The notes below the pieces were generated by a model. The model was given only the letters and a program-made list of their open reading frames with translations, searched no databases and was not told the DNA's origin. 64,000 nucleotides of DNA, taken from the NCBI GenBank assembly GCA_963829355.1, contig CAWHHZ010000001.1, forward strand, positions 214,964 to 278,963, in the 5' to 3' direction. The first letter of the stretch is position 1; each line of letters starts with the position of its first letter. Below, in pieces: positions 1-10,901 of this stretch. The position numbers and the translations under genes were made by a program. This DNA comes from an uncultured Acidobacteriota bacterium (GTDB lineage: Bacteria; Acidobacteriota; Thermoanaerobaculia; Gp7-AA8; JAHWKK01).

Positions 1-770
1 CCCGCGGCAAATCGTGTCTCCCGCGCCGTTCGATCGTTCGATGGGACCGATATCTGGTACGACTTTTATGAGCGGCCGGGGGACGCAGTCGTCGTCGTTC
101 TCCCGGGCTTCTGGCGTACCCGGCGACACGCATCTCTGACGAAACTGGCGGAGATCATCACTCGCCGCGGACGCTCCGTCGCGGTCCTGGATCTGCGAGG
201 ACATGGCGAGAGCGGCGGGCGCTTCGGCTTCAATCGGGACGAGTTCAGGGATGTGGAGCTCGTCCTGGCAGACCTCGAACGGCTGCGGGGAAAGCCTTCG
301 GTTCGTGATCCTCGGACTCTCACTCGGCGGGGCGGTCGCCGTGACACTCGCCGCCCGCAGCGATCTCGACATCCGCGGTCTCGTACTGGTCTCACCTGTT
401 GCGGATTTCGACAAGATCCGCCCCCGCCTGAACCCTCTCGAGCTCCCGCGCCACCTCGCCTTCGGCCAGGCGTTCCGCTGGCCACGATTCGACTGGAGAT
501 TCCTCCGGAGTCCGAAGTTCGTGGCAGCCGCCGAGATGCGCGAGGTGTCGTGCGCGACGTGTCTGATTCACGTCGTCAACGACTGGCTGATCCACCACGA
601 CCACTCGCGGGAGCTGAAGGAGTCGCATCCGGGAGATTGCGAGCTTCACCTGATCGAACTTCCGGTTGGCTATCACGCCGACCGCATATTCTCCGCAGAT
701 TCCGGGACGAGTCGAAGAGATCCTGGAGCGGTTTCTCGATTCACATCTCCCGGTCCGGGAGACTGCCTGA
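1..770 (+). CDS. alpha/beta-fold hydrolase, 5'-partial; reading frame shifts from 1 to 2 near 300 and from 2 to 3 near 690 (apparent single-base indels)
   Basis: Frame 1 gives ...VVVLPGFWRTRRHAS...LDLRGHGESGG...LERLRGKP. Frame 2 continues FVILGLSLGGAVAV (GxSxG nucleophile elbow)...HVVNDWLIHHDH. A frame-3 tail ends at TGA 768-770, convergent with the next gene. Confidence 0.55.
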
Positions 771-790
771 GAGTCGCTTCCCGCACTTCT

Positions 791-1897
791 TCAGGCCGCG
801 TTCTCGACCCTCCGGTAGAGTGGATCGGTCTCGACCGGAACCCGCCCCGCGTCGCGGATCAGCCGCTCGAGCTTCTGCCTCGTCATGGCGGACGCGTCGG
901 TTTCCGATCCCGCCATCCTGAAGATCCGCTCATCGGCGATCGTACCGCCGAGATCGTCTGCTCCAAAGGACAGGGCTACCTGCGCAAGCTTCTCTCCCAT
1001 CCCGATCCAATACGCCTTGATGTGATCGACGTTGTCGAAAAGAAGCCTGGATGCGGCGATCGTCCGGAGGTCGTCGAAGGGGGTCGCCTCGTCGATCTGG
1101 GTCTCGTAGATCGTGTTCTCTCTGTGGAAATGAAGCGGAACGAAACAGTTGAAACCGCGAGTCTCGTCCTGCAGCTCGCGCAGTCTCAGAATGTGGTCGA
1201 CACGGTGCTCGGGCTTCTCGATGTGGCCGTACAGCATCGTGCAGTTGGTGCGGAGTCCCTGCTCATGGCAGATTCTCGCGATCTCGAGCCAGCGGTCTCC
1301 GCTCATCTTGTGGTCGCAGATCTCATCACGAATTTCTTCGTGAAAGATCTCCGCGCCTCCGCCAGGACAGGAGTCGAGTCCGGCGTCGACGAGCGCATGG
1401 ATGGTCTCCTCGACCGACTGCTTGGAGATCTTCGACAGGAAATCGATCTCGACCATCGTCAGAGCCTTCAGATGCACTTCGGGAAATTCACGTTTGAGCG
1501 TCGAGAGCAGTCCGGTGTAATAGTCGAACTTCAGCCAGGGATGGAGTCCGCCGACGATATGTAGCTCGGTGACCCCGTGGGCGATGGACGGGCGCACCTG
1601 CTCGACGATTTCTTCGGCAGAGTACGTCCATCCGCCTTCTTTCTTCGGTCGGACGGCGAACGCGCAGAGCTTGCACGACACCACACACACGTTCGTGTGG
1701 TTGATGTAGCGGTTGACGGTGAAGTAGGTATCGTCGCCGTTCTTCGCTTCCCGCACACTATTCGCGAGTTTGCCGAGCGTCAGGATATCGGTCGTCTCAA
1801 AGAGAGTGACGCCGTCTTCGAATGTGAGCCGCTCACCTGCAGCAACTTTCTCGCTGATCGGGAGCAGTCGTCTGTCTTCAATCGATTCGTACATCAT
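791..1897 (-). CDS. radical SAM enzyme, MqnC/MqnE (futalosine-pathway menaquinone) / CofH family
   Basis: CVVSCKLCAF (CxxxCxxC) radical-SAM motif; N-terminal domain and length typical of MqnC/MqnE. Start taken at MMYESIED (1897), not the upstream ORF extension. Confidence 0.75.
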   Translation of the reverse strand: MMYESIEDRRLLPISEKVAAGERLTFEDGVTLFETTDILTLGKLANSVREAKNGDDTYFTVNRYINHTNVCVVSCKLCAFAVRPKKEGGWTYSAEEIVEQVRPSIAHGVTELHIVGGLHPWLKFDYYTGLLSTLKREFPEVHLKALTMVEIDFLSKISKQSVEETIHALVDAGLDSCPGGGAEIFHEEIRDEICDHKMSGDRWLEIARICHEQGLRTNCTMLYGHIEKPEHRVDHILRLRELQDETRGFNCFVPLHFHRENTIYETQIDEATPFDDLRTIAASRLLFDNVDHIKAYWIGMGEKLAQVALSFGADDLGGTIADERIFRMAGSETDASAMTRQKLERLIRDAGRVPVETDPLYRRVENAA

Positions 1898-1975
1898 TTC
1901 AGTCCTCTCGCATCGCCCAACAGCAGCGTACCCCGATTCATGCCCTCTGGAAAACCTCGCCCGCTGATCGACCTC

Positions 1976-2070
1976 AGTGTCATCCTGAGCCGTGTACGGA
2001 GCGATGCGTCGACATGGGTTCGAAGAAACTGTCATTCCGAAGGAGCGGCTTCATCGCGACTGAGGAATCG
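1976..2070. repeat. degenerate copy of the GTCATCCTGAG terminal-inverted-repeat element (MITE/REP-like)
   Basis: gtcatcctgagc at 1978 and gtcattccga at 2031; the latter contains the TCA (=TGA) stop of the minus-strand gene ending at 2032. Confidence 0.4.
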
Positions 2071-3186
2071 GCGGGAGGGCGATGCCGGCACGACGACGTT
2101 TCGCCACCCAGATTCCTCGCTGCGCTTCGGGATGACAGGCGCGGATGAAGCTCGAGCTCTCGGAGGATGACGGTCGGATCCAGCGACCTTCACGAGGCCG
2201 CTGTGCGGGAGCTTCCGGAGATCCTCTTCTGCTCCCACTTCTCGAGCTCCACTGGGAAACAGGTCCATTCGTGTCTGCTTGAACTCGTGAAGTGCGAACA
2301 AGGCGTGGTAGTCGTCGATGTCTGCCGACTCGGCAAGTCGCTCCATCGTTTTCTCGCATTCGTCGACCGACCGGCCCTGAATGATTGTGAAAAGGTTGTA
2401 GGGCCAGTCGTGCTGCGGCTCCCGGATCGTGGAGGACGAGATCCCATCGTCCTTCGAAAAAGCGATCGCCACATCCTCCAGACGGTCGGCAGGAACTGCC
2501 CAGACTCCCATCGCCGAGGTTGAGAATCTGGCTCTGGCTGAGGCGACCGGGCCTATGCGCGTGATCGTTCCGGCCTCCTTCTGCTCGCGGACGAAATCGA
2601 GGAGAGTGTCGGGATGCTCATTGAGCTGGCGTGCAATGGCGTCGAAGGGACGCGGTTGCGTCGGAAGCTCATCCTGGAGAAACCGGATCGTGTTTCGCCC
2701 GTTCTCGTCGGGCACGACGGGAGTCACCGCCGGATCAGGATTTCCGTCATGGAACTGCCGGATGGCGGGGAGCGGATGGATTTGCGTCGCACCCGCTTCC
2801 GCTCCGAGAAGGCGCACCGTTTCCTCGAGACCGAGCTGGGTATCGGGAGGCAGGCAGAGCGTGGACCAGAGATTGAATTCGTGGTTTCGCCGATAGTTCT
2901 GCGAAACGCCGGGATGGTCGTTGATCACTTCCGCCGCGGACTCGATCTGGTTCTCGGGTACAGATGCGATGACGAGTGCGACGGAACATCCGAGCGCCTT
3001 CGGATCGAATCGGATCTGAATTCCTCTGATGAGACCGTTCTGGCGCAGGCGCAGCGTGCGCTTGATGACTTCCTTCTCCGACATGTCGACCATCTGCCCG
3101 AGAATCGCGTAGGGGGTGGAGGTAATCGGAAAATCCCGTTGCAGGGCTTCGAGAACCTCACTGTCACGCTGGTCCAGATCAGCCAT
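2032..3186 (-). CDS. tandem Lrp/AsnC-type domain protein (NirD/NirL / AhbA/AhbB siroheme-decarboxylase-like architecture)
   Basis: Two AsnC-like halves, each with an HTH plus RAM-like domain (SEVLEALQRDFPITSTPYAILGQ...; second half FLQDELPTQPRPFDAIARQL...). The C-terminal ~60 aa is low-complexity and runs through a repeat element. Confidence 0.55.
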   Translation of the reverse strand: MADLDQRDSEVLEALQRDFPITSTPYAILGQMVDMSEKEVIKRTLRLRQNGLIRGIQIRFDPKALGCSVALVIASVPENQIESAAEVINDHPGVSQNYRRNHEFNLWSTLCLPPDTQLGLEETVRLLGAEAGATQIHPLPAIRQFHDGNPDPAVTPVVPDENGRNTIRFLQDELPTQPRPFDAIARQLNEHPDTLLDFVREQKEAGTITRIGPVASARARFSTSAMGVWAVPADRLEDVAIAFSKDDGISSSTIREPQHDWPYNLFTIIQGRSVDECEKTMERLAESADIDDYHALFALHEFKQTRMDLFPSGAREVGAEEDLRKLPHSGLVKVAGSDRHPPRARASSAPVIPKRSEESGWRNVVVPASPSRRFLSRDEAAPSE

Positions 3187-3357
3187 CTCGTCCTCCCGTC
3201 ATGCGGCACCCTGTCGTCTGGAGTTACGACTCACCCGGCATTCTATCCCTTGCCGGCCGCTCTTCAAAAATCGGTGGTTTCCGAGTTCGCGCCGGGGCGC
3301 TGGTCCGATCGAATTTGAAGCCGGAGTCCGTAAAAACATCGCGCCGGAAGCGCCTCC

Positions 3358-3693
3358 TCACCGCGATTGCCAGCGAGCTGTCCGGCCGCCTGAACCCGTG
3401 CCTGCAAACCCGCTTCCACAGCACGTTCGCGGTCGAGCGCCATATATCCCGGAGGATATTTCGAGAGCTTTTGCGACGGCCGCATCGACCAGACGCACGC
3501 CCCCGCTCAGCGTGCCACGCTGGAAGTGATGGCATGCTGCAGTGAGCTGGATCAGTCCCTGGAGAAACGTCTTGTCCGGCTCGTCCGCCTCGAGCCACAA
3601 GGTCTCCCAGGACTCGTGCGCCTCCCAAAAGCTGCCCTCATTGAAGTGCTCAATCCCTTCCCGAAGGAGCGAGCCTGTGCTGGTCGCCGGTGC
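3358..3693 (-). CDS. DUF309 family protein (no canonical start codon found)
   Basis: EGIEHFNEGSFWEAHESWETLW...FLQGLIQLTAACHHFQRG matches the DUF309 signature. The frame opens directly after the IDH TGA stop and holds no ATG/GTG/TTG before the conserved region. Confidence 0.55.
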   Translation of the reverse strand, partial: APATSTGSLLREGIEHFNEGSFWEAHESWETLWLEADEPDKTFLQGLIQLTAACHHFQRGTLSGGVRLVDAAVAKALEISSGIYGARPRTCCGSGFAGTGSGGRTARWQSR

Positions 3694-4698
3694 TCACTCC
3701 TGGATGCGTCGGCAGATCTCGTCGGTGTATTCCTCAGTGGAAGCGGTTCCGCCGATGTCGGGAGTTCTGATCTTTCCCTCGGCGAGCACACTGAGAAGTG
3801 CCTGCTCGATCTTGTCCGCGGCCGGCCGTTCATCAATGTGCCGCAGCATCAGAACCGCCGACTGTAGAAGCGCGGTCGGGTTGGCCAGTCCCTGCCCAGC
3901 GATGTCGGGAGCACTTCCGTGAACGGCTTCGAATACCGCATAGTCGTTGCCGAGGTTTGCTCCGGCGACGATTCCGAGCCCTCCGACGAGTCCGGCTGCA
4001 AGATCAGAGACGATATCTCCGTAGAAGTTTTCCAGAAGGAGAATATCGAACTGATTGGGGTTCGACACCATCTGCATGCAGAGGTTATCGACGATCCGGT
4101 CGTCAGCGACGATGTCGGGATAACCAGCCGCCACGTCACGGAAGCATCGCAGGAACAGGCCGTCAGACATCTTCATGATGTTGGCCTTATGAACGGCAGT
4201 GACACGCTTGCGACCATGCTTTCGCGCATATTCGAACGCGAACTTCGAGATGTCCGTCGACGCCTTCGCGGTGATGATCTTCAGCGATTCGACGACGCCG
4301 GGAACGACTTCGTGCTCGAGTCCACTGTAGAGGCTCTCGGTGTTCTCCCGAACAACGATGAGATCCACATCGTCATATCGCGTTTTGATCCCCGGGACCG
4401 ACTTCGCCGGGCGCAGGTTTGCGTACAGGTACAGGGCTTTCCGCAGTCGCACATTCACGGAGGTGAATCCCCTTCCGACCGGAGTGGTGGCGGGACCTTT
4501 TAGTGCGACTTTGTGGTCCTGGATCGAGTCGAGGACTTCCTGCGGGAGAGGATCGAGACCCTTGTTCACCGCCTCGAGGCCGATGACATGCTCATCCCAG
4601 TCAACCTCGACTCCTGCGCACTGGATGATTCTCGTGACCGCACGGGTGACCTCTGGTCCAATGCCGTCGCCCGGCAGCAGTGTGATGTCGTGTCTCAA
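3694..4698 (-). CDS. isocitrate/isopropylmalate dehydrogenase family, NAD-dependent IDH-like (334 aa)
   Basis: ITLLPGDGIGPEV N-terminus and the full-length beta-decarboxylating dehydrogenase fold. TTG start overlaps the upstream stop (TTGA). Confidence 0.8.
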   Translation of the reverse strand: MRHDITLLPGDGIGPEVTRAVTRIIQCAGVEVDWDEHVIGLEAVNKGLDPLPQEVLDSIQDHKVALKGPATTPVGRGFTSVNVRLRKALYLYANLRPAKSVPGIKTRYDDVDLIVVRENTESLYSGLEHEVVPGVVESLKIITAKASTDISKFAFEYARKHGRKRVTAVHKANIMKMSDGLFLRCFRDVAAGYPDIVADDRIVDNLCMQMVSNPNQFDILLLENFYGDIVSDLAAGLVGGLGIVAGANLGNDYAVFEAVHGSAPDIAGQGLANPTALLQSAVLMLRHIDERPAADKIEQALLSVLAEGKIRTPDIGGTASTEEYTDEICRRIQE

Positions 4699-5682
4699 GT
4701 TCTGTCTCCTCGCTGTTCGAAATCCATTGGGAAAGTCTCGAGCAGAGACCGGTAGTCCGGTAGCTCCGCAACACAGTCGGCGATCGTCTCGAGCGCAGAG
4801 GGGATGTAGTCGAGGTAGTGGTGCCGTTCACGCTCGACCGACTGCCTTGCGAATGTGCCGATGATCTTGATCGTCCTCTGCAGGAGTGTCTCCCTGTAGC
4901 GGACTCGGATCTGGTCGTCGGCGTCGATCTGCCGGGCGTAGTAACGCAGCAGATCCTCTTCTACTTCCTTGCCCAGCAGGCGAACGGCCCCTCGGTCGCG
5001 GAGAAGCGACGCAAGGTCGTACGTGTCGGGGCCGAGACGCAGATCCTGAAAATCGAGGATCCAGAGTTGCCCATCGTGAAGATGAAGGTTTTCACCATGA
5101 AAATCGCGATGACACAGGACGTACGGGATGGAGGGCCAGAGATGCGGCAAGCTTCCGGAGCAGTGTGCTCAAAGCTTCCGAAGACTGCTCCCGTTCCATG
5201 AGCCGGCGGACGTAGAACTCGTTCGTCATCTCCATCTCCGCCAGAAAGAAACGGGCGTCGAACGGCGGGTTGGGAACAGCGGTGCAGTCTACAGACTGGA
5301 GGCGGATGAGCTGGTCGACGGCCTGGCGATAGAGCACGCGTCCACGTTCAGGGTCTTCCTGCAGGATTCCGGTGAGGTTCTGCTGACCGACGTCATGCTG
5401 GACCAGCCCGGTGTCGCACGATCCGACCAGTGCGGGAACCTGAACCTCATCGGCGAGAATTGAATGGGCAGCGAGAAACCGTGGGAGGTGGGAGCGGACA
5501 TCCTCGGGGTAGCAGGTGACGACGAGGGATTCCCCCGAGGGCGAACGCGCCCTCGAATACTGTCGAGAAGACGCGTCACCCTTCAGAAGCTCGAGGGTCC
5601 ATTCATCATTGCCGAACTGCCGGTCCAGCAGAGACCGGATGTCGGGATGCAGACTGTTTTTAGGGCTTTCGTCAGAATTCAT
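4695..5682 (-). CDS. aminoglycoside-phosphotransferase/choline-kinase-like (APH family) kinase, frameshift near 5100-5150
   Basis: N-terminal ORF 5092-5682 plus C-terminal ORF 4695-5150 with LCHRDFHGENLHL (HxD catalytic loop) and ILDFQD (DFG-like). The two pieces are in different frames. Confidence 0.6.
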
Positions 5683-5691
5683 GGCGCCGAA

Positions 5692-6364
5692 TCACTCGGC
5701 GCTCCTCACTTCCACGCTTTCGATCTCGATCGGTGCAAGAGGCCGGTCCTGAGCGTTTCGTGGGGCGCCGACGATTTCGTCCGCAACCTCCATGCCGTTC
5801 GTCACTTCACCAAACACGCTGTAATTGTTGTCGAGGAAATTCGAGTCGGCGACCACGATGAAAAATTGTGACGATGCGCTGTCCGGGTGGGTCGAGCGGG
5901 CCATCGAAACGATCCCGCGCCGATGGGGAGTGCTGCTGAACTCGGCCTTGATCCGCTGATCCGATCCGCCGGTACCCCAGGTGGAGGGGTCCCCCTTCTT
6001 CGTGTTCGGATCGCCACCCTGGATCATGAATCCCGGAATGACACGGTGGAACTTGGTGCCATCATAGAAGCCGCTCTTGGCCAGATTCACGAAGTTGCGG
6101 ACGTGGTTCGGCGCGATCTCCGGGTAGAACTTGATCGTGATCGTGCCCTTCGATGTATTCAGGTCGACGACTGTGTTCTGAAGCTCTTCAATTGACATCG
6201 GTTCCTCCTCCGGTACGTTCGGTTCGCCGTCGACTTCGACTACGGTTTCGTTGATGGTGGTCGATTCCGGTGGCATCGATGACGTACCGTCGACAGGCTC
6301 GGTATTGATTGGGATTGGCGCATGCGCCGAGGACTAGGAGTGAGATGAGCAGAAATCGTTTCAT
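5692..6364 (-). CDS. cyclophilin-type peptidyl-prolyl cis-trans isomerase, apparently a lipoprotein (signal peptide in a shifted frame)
   Basis: FHRVIPGFMIQGGDP...SMARS...QFFI cyclophilin core. An upstream ATG at 6364 encodes MKRFLLISLLVLGAC (lipobox) in the +1 frame relative to the mature domain. Confidence 0.7.
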
Positions 6365-6412
6365 AATTGACCCGCTGGTTTGAGTTTGTCGGCTGAAGCG
6401 GGAGCGATTCTA

Positions 6413-8024
6413 CTATCTCGAGCGGGATTGCCGAAGCTGGATGTTGCCTTCCTTCACGACGATCTTCAGCGTTGGGCCCGCCGCCGTTGAGACTTCCCGT
6501 CGCCCGGATGCGACTCTTTCCGCCGACCATATCGCGGACCACGGCAAGGCCACTCACCGTCGAGTCGATGGTGTTGATGCCGGCGTCAGAGGTGATGACG
6601 GTCGCGTCGACGTTGGCTCTGAGCCCCTGCGGCAGAGTGAGGATGACGTTTCCGCCGGTGGTTTCCAGATCGAGCGACAGCCTCTGGACTCCTTGAGGGA
6701 CCTCGATCGTCACATCGCCTGACTGAGTGTGGGCGGTGACATTCTCAGCCGCTTGCTCCACCGTGATGTCGCCCCCTCCGGAGACGAGACGGAGTGTGCC
6801 GGTCGCGCTCCGGACGCGGATGTTTCCGCCTCCGGTTCGTGCGTATCCACCCTTGTTTGCGGAGTTGATCAGGATGTCGCCCGCCTCGGTCTCCACCTCG
6901 AGAGCCGCGAAGGTCTCGCCGATGTTGATGGGCCCACCCCTGGTGGTCGCCTTGAGGTCACCGAACGCGCGACCAACAACGATCTCGCCCGCTCCAGTCG
7001 AGACGGTGGCATCGTTGACTTCCACCGCGACGATGTTACCGAGTCGAGTGCTGAAGTTCAGCTCGTCGGGAACGCGGTTCTGCTGGAATGCAAAGCTTCT
7101 GGCGCCAGGACGCTGCAGCAGGAAGCGGGAGACGATCTCGATGATCTCGTCGGAGTTCGGGTGGTGATGAGGGGATGCCGGAGCGTCCGTTCCGAGCCCG
7201 GGGCTGATCTCGGCCGGGGCATCCGAGAGCGGCCCCAGAAGCAGCTCACCGGTCATGCTGGCGGCGAGGATCTTGTTCTCGCCACCGTTGAATGGCCGCC
7301 ACCCATCGATTTCTGTTCGAGGCCGGACGTGTCACGTCGGTGGTCATCTCGCGGCTTGCACGAACTCTTCCGCTGACGGACTCGGCGATCCATGTAAATG
7401 CGAGATCGGGCCTGCGCAAAGAGCCTGACACTTCCGTTGAGGGTCCGCAGCCTGCTGTCACTGCGCGGGGTGCCCTTCAGCCGCACGACGATGTCCCCAT
7501 TCGTCGTATCGACCGCCATGGGCGCTCCCGTGGCAGTAATGTCGATCACGCCGCTGAAATTCGTGATCTGAAGGTTTCCAGTAAGGTCGATCGTCTGAAT
7601 CAATGGGCTGTTGACCGTGGTGATGGCCACATTACAACTTCGCGGCAGCCGGATGTAATAATCGACAGTCGCCTCCCATCCGCGCTGGCCCGGATCGTTG
7701 CCTGCGGTCCGGATCATCCGGCCTCCGGGAATCAGGTTGGAGTGGAGAGTGATCGCCTGGCGCGCGTTGGTGACCGCTGCTGGAGTTCACTCCACGAATC
7801 GTCAGCTTCGCCCGGACGTCGAGCTTGCTTCCTCCGACCCCCTCGATCACGACATTCCCGATTCGGTTGTCGATCACGAAGGTGCTGCCGGGCGGAAAAT
7901 CATAAGTCCGGGAGAAGTTGGTGCTCCACACCTCGCTCGAGGCTGCCTGCGCGGACAGAGATCCACTCAGGCTCAGCATCAGTACGGCGAGAAGCGCCTG
8001 CTTGTAGCTCAGGTATCGCATCAC
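6413..8024 (-). CDS. secreted DUF4097 (putative adhesin / toastrack beta-repeat) protein, split over at least four frames
   Basis: Signal peptide MMRYLSYKQALLAVLMLSLSGSLSAQA at 8024. Repeats such as GNVVIEGVG, NGDIVVRLKG, GDVTIEV, GNVILTL recur across the successive frames. The C-terminus in a shifted frame ends ...TLKIVVKEGNIQLRQSRSR* at 6413. Confidence 0.5.
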
Positions 8025-9020
8025 AATGAGAGCTGGCTCAAAGCCTCCGCTGCCTTCACCCTCACGTAGAGGTTTTCGTCATCCTGATCGGCCTTGTTCC
8101 GCAGGACCTCCACCGCAGCCGAGTCGAGCTCTCCGCCTGTGGCAACCAGGTTGGCGAGTGCATCAACCGCTTTCATGCGTACGGCGGGGTTCGGATCGTT
8201 TCGAAGTGCTTCGATCAGGGCCTCGCGCGCCACCCCAGCAGACGACGCCGGCATGCTGCGGAGAGCATCCACTGCCTTGATACGGACACCCTCGTGGGAG
8301 TCGTTGCTCAGGACATTGGCGAGAGCCGCGACGAGCTCCGGCTCGGCCGCCGAGGTGGAGTAGGTGTCCTGCACCCACTGGATGACCTCCGAGCGCGAGT
8401 GGGTGGAGTTGCCGCCACTCTGCATTACGTAGGAGATCAGCTCGACCAGGCTCTCGTCGCTCGGTTTGCCCTTGACGGTGACCGAGCTCGTCAGATCGAA
8501 GCGCACCCCGATCTCGCCATCGTCAGTAAACACATTGACGTTGCGGATATCTGGCCTTCCCTGAATGCCAGGGCTGAGCTGCGACGCGGGAAGAATCATT
8601 CGCTCGGAGATCGGCGCAATCTGCTGGATCGAAGCGATCGTTGCTGGCTCCGAGACGTTCGTGGGGACAGTATCCGCTCTCTGCGCGCCCAGGAAGTACG
8701 AGGCTCCGACGAGAGTGATCAACGCCAGCAGCCTGGGCTGCCCACCGCTGCCACGCAGGGCGGCGGAAAGGAATCACCCGGGGGCTTCGCTCCTCCTGCA
8801 TTTGCCGGATCGACTCCTCGAAGCGGGCCGCCGCGCTGGCAGGTACGGGAACATCCGGAATGGCACCGAGCAGATTCCACACCTCACGGGTCGACGACCA
8901 CTCCCGACCGCACTCTTCGCACGACTCGATGTGGTGGAAGGTCTCTTCCCGCTCTTCGCCGCCCAGAGATTCCGTCAGCAGCTCGGGGATCCGTTCCTTC
9001 AGTTCATGACATTGAGACAT
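8021..9020 (-). CDS. anti-sigma factor: N-terminal zinc-finger (ChrR/RsrA-like) + TM helix + HEAT/PBS-lyase repeats, frameshift near 8740
   Basis: MSQCHELKERIPE...HIESCEECGREW zinc-finger motif. After the frame change: LLALITLVGASYFLGA (TM), then VRIKAVDAL, VRMKAVDAL, VRVKAAEAL HEAT repeats. Overlaps the sigma-factor stop by 22 nt. Confidence 0.55.
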
Positions 9021-9577
9021 TTCTCTCCTCCGAAATCCTCGGAAAGCACTTTCTTCAGCGTTTCCATCGCCCGGAAGACGCGGGTTTTGACCGCTCCTTC
9101 CGAACAGCCGGCGATCTGTGCGATCTCGGCATAAGACAGCCCCTGGTAGCGCGACAGGAGTATCGCCTCACGCTGTTCCGGAGTCAGATGCTCGAGTGCC
9201 TGTCGCACCCGTTGCTCATCCTCCCGCTTGGCGAGCTCCTCTTCTGCCGAGAGGCTGTTCTCATCACTGAGACGTGCGAGTACCGCTTCTGGTTCTTTGG
9301 GCTTGTTGTCGGCCTTTCGCAGATGATCCCGGCAATGGTTCGCGGTGATCGAGAAGAGCCACGTGGAGAGCTTTGCGTCCCCCTGGAACTGCCTCGCGTT
9401 CCGGATCATCTTCACGAACACTTCCTGGGTGACGTCTTCGGCGGCCTCGTTGTTGCGCAGAAAGCGCAGGGCAAAGTTGTAGATACGCCGACTGTAGCGC
9501 TCGAAAAGCTCCGCCGCGGGAGTGTAGTCACCCTCCTGAACGCGCCGCATCAACTCCTGGTCGTTCAGGTCACTCAT
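8999..9577 (-). CDS. ECF (sigma-70 family) RNA polymerase sigma factor
   Basis: LMRRVQEGDYTPAAELFERYSRRIYNFALRFL...region 4 HTH LSYAEIAQIAGCSEGAVKTRVFRAMETLK. Start taken at MSDLND; upstream, the ORF runs on in frame into the next gene. Confidence 0.85.
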   Translation of the reverse strand: MSDLNDQELMRRVQEGDYTPAAELFERYSRRIYNFALRFLRNNEAAEDVTQEVFVKMIRNARQFQGDAKLSTWLFSITANHCRDHLRKADNKPKEPEAVLARLSDENSLSAEEELAKREDEQRVRQALEHLTPEQREAILLSRYQGLSYAEIAQIAGCSEGAVKTRVFRAMETLKKVLSEDFGGEKCLNVMN

Positions 9578-9639
9578 ATCCACAGATTCTCTGTTCTTTG
9601 ACGACGCCATCTCGCTATGGTTTCTCACGCGCCACAATT

Positions 9640-10820
9640 TCTGGCCCGAAAGGTTCCCGAACAACGATCGGTCCCTGTCAATTCGCCACGGGCGAGCGGA
9701 GGTCCGTATCCGCGAGCGATTCGACCGGCTGCCGCCCGTCACCACCGCCCCGATCAGCAGCGGCGCAAGGGCAAGTGCGAGGCAGTCGAGCCACGTCATC
9801 AGGACCTCCGCATCGCCGAAGTTGTACTCAGTGAGACCGGCGAGATAGAGGGCGATCGAGGCGGCAATTGCGGCGTCGGCGGCCGTCCGGTCTCGCTCTC
9901 TGCGCTTCCAGAGCTCGAGGACGACGACCACAAACAGGAGGTTGTAGGCAACGAATGTCACCACCCCACGTTCGGCCCAGATCTGAACCGGATTGCTGTG
10001 CAGATGAGGTGTCCGGAACCGGGGCGCATCATCAAGCCGGTAGAACGGATACGTCTCCTTGATGTTGCCAGGACCGATCCCCACGACCGGCCGGTCCCGG
10101 ATCATCTCGGCCCCCGCCTGCGCCATCCTGATGCGGTCCAGGTTGGATGACAGCGTCGGATCAAAGACCGAGACGATTCTTCCGAACAGCGGGAGCGGCG
10201 CGGCCAGGAGCGCAAGCAGAAACAGCGTCACGGCGGCCACAGCGAGCTTCGGCCTGCGGCTCAGCACGATCCAGGAAGCGCCCCCGAGCCAGCCTATCCA
10301 GGCACCTCGGGTGTAGGTGAGAGTCAGAGCCGTGAGGACGATGGCGAGACGGTGCGATGAGATACAGATCTCTTTCGCGGATGAGATACGCAAGCATCAT
10401 CAGGGAGATCACCATGATCATTCCGGAGAAGGTCATGACATGGGAGTTTGGCCCGGTGATGCGGTGGTCCAGATCGGTCCACCCGAGGAGGAAGTACTGA
10501 CCGAGCGCCCAGATGGAGGCAAACGTCGCGATAAACACGAGCAGACGCCAGACGGTGCGCCGCACATCACTCAGCTCCTGATAGACCGAGAGTGAAAGCG
10601 GAAGGATGAGAAACAGGATCGGGTCGCCAATGTCCATCAGAGAGAAGAGCGGAGATGGGGCAAAGAGCGCCGACAGCGCCGACCCCACCAGATAGAGCCC
10701 CATGGGCAGATAGATGGCGGTCCACACCGGCCTCAGAAGAGAGCGCCGCATCGCGACGAACCAGCTGATGATCGCGAGATAGAGAAAGCCTTCCGAGGTG
10801 GCGATCCATGGCTCGCACAA
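9640..10820 (-). CDS. O-antigen ligase / Wzy-like polytopic membrane protein, frameshift near 10300-10390; 3' end uncertain
   Basis: Multi-TM N-terminal piece (10161-10820). The C-terminal piece in another frame has RIRMAQAGAEMIRDRPVVGIGPGN (Wzy_C-like) and runs without a stop into the sigma-factor ORF. Confidence 0.45.
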
Positions 10821-10901
10821 GACATGCGCAAGATAGAAGAGGATTGTCAGGCGGAGCGGGGAGGGAAGCGCGAGAATCCTGCGGAGGATGTCCAGCTTAC
10901 A

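Noticed and set aside
203-1564. 453-aa plus-strand ORF
   Set aside because: Only its first ~500 nt (alpha/beta hydrolase frame 2) are coding. The rest is an antisense run-on across the minus-strand radical SAM gene, typical of high-GC DNA.
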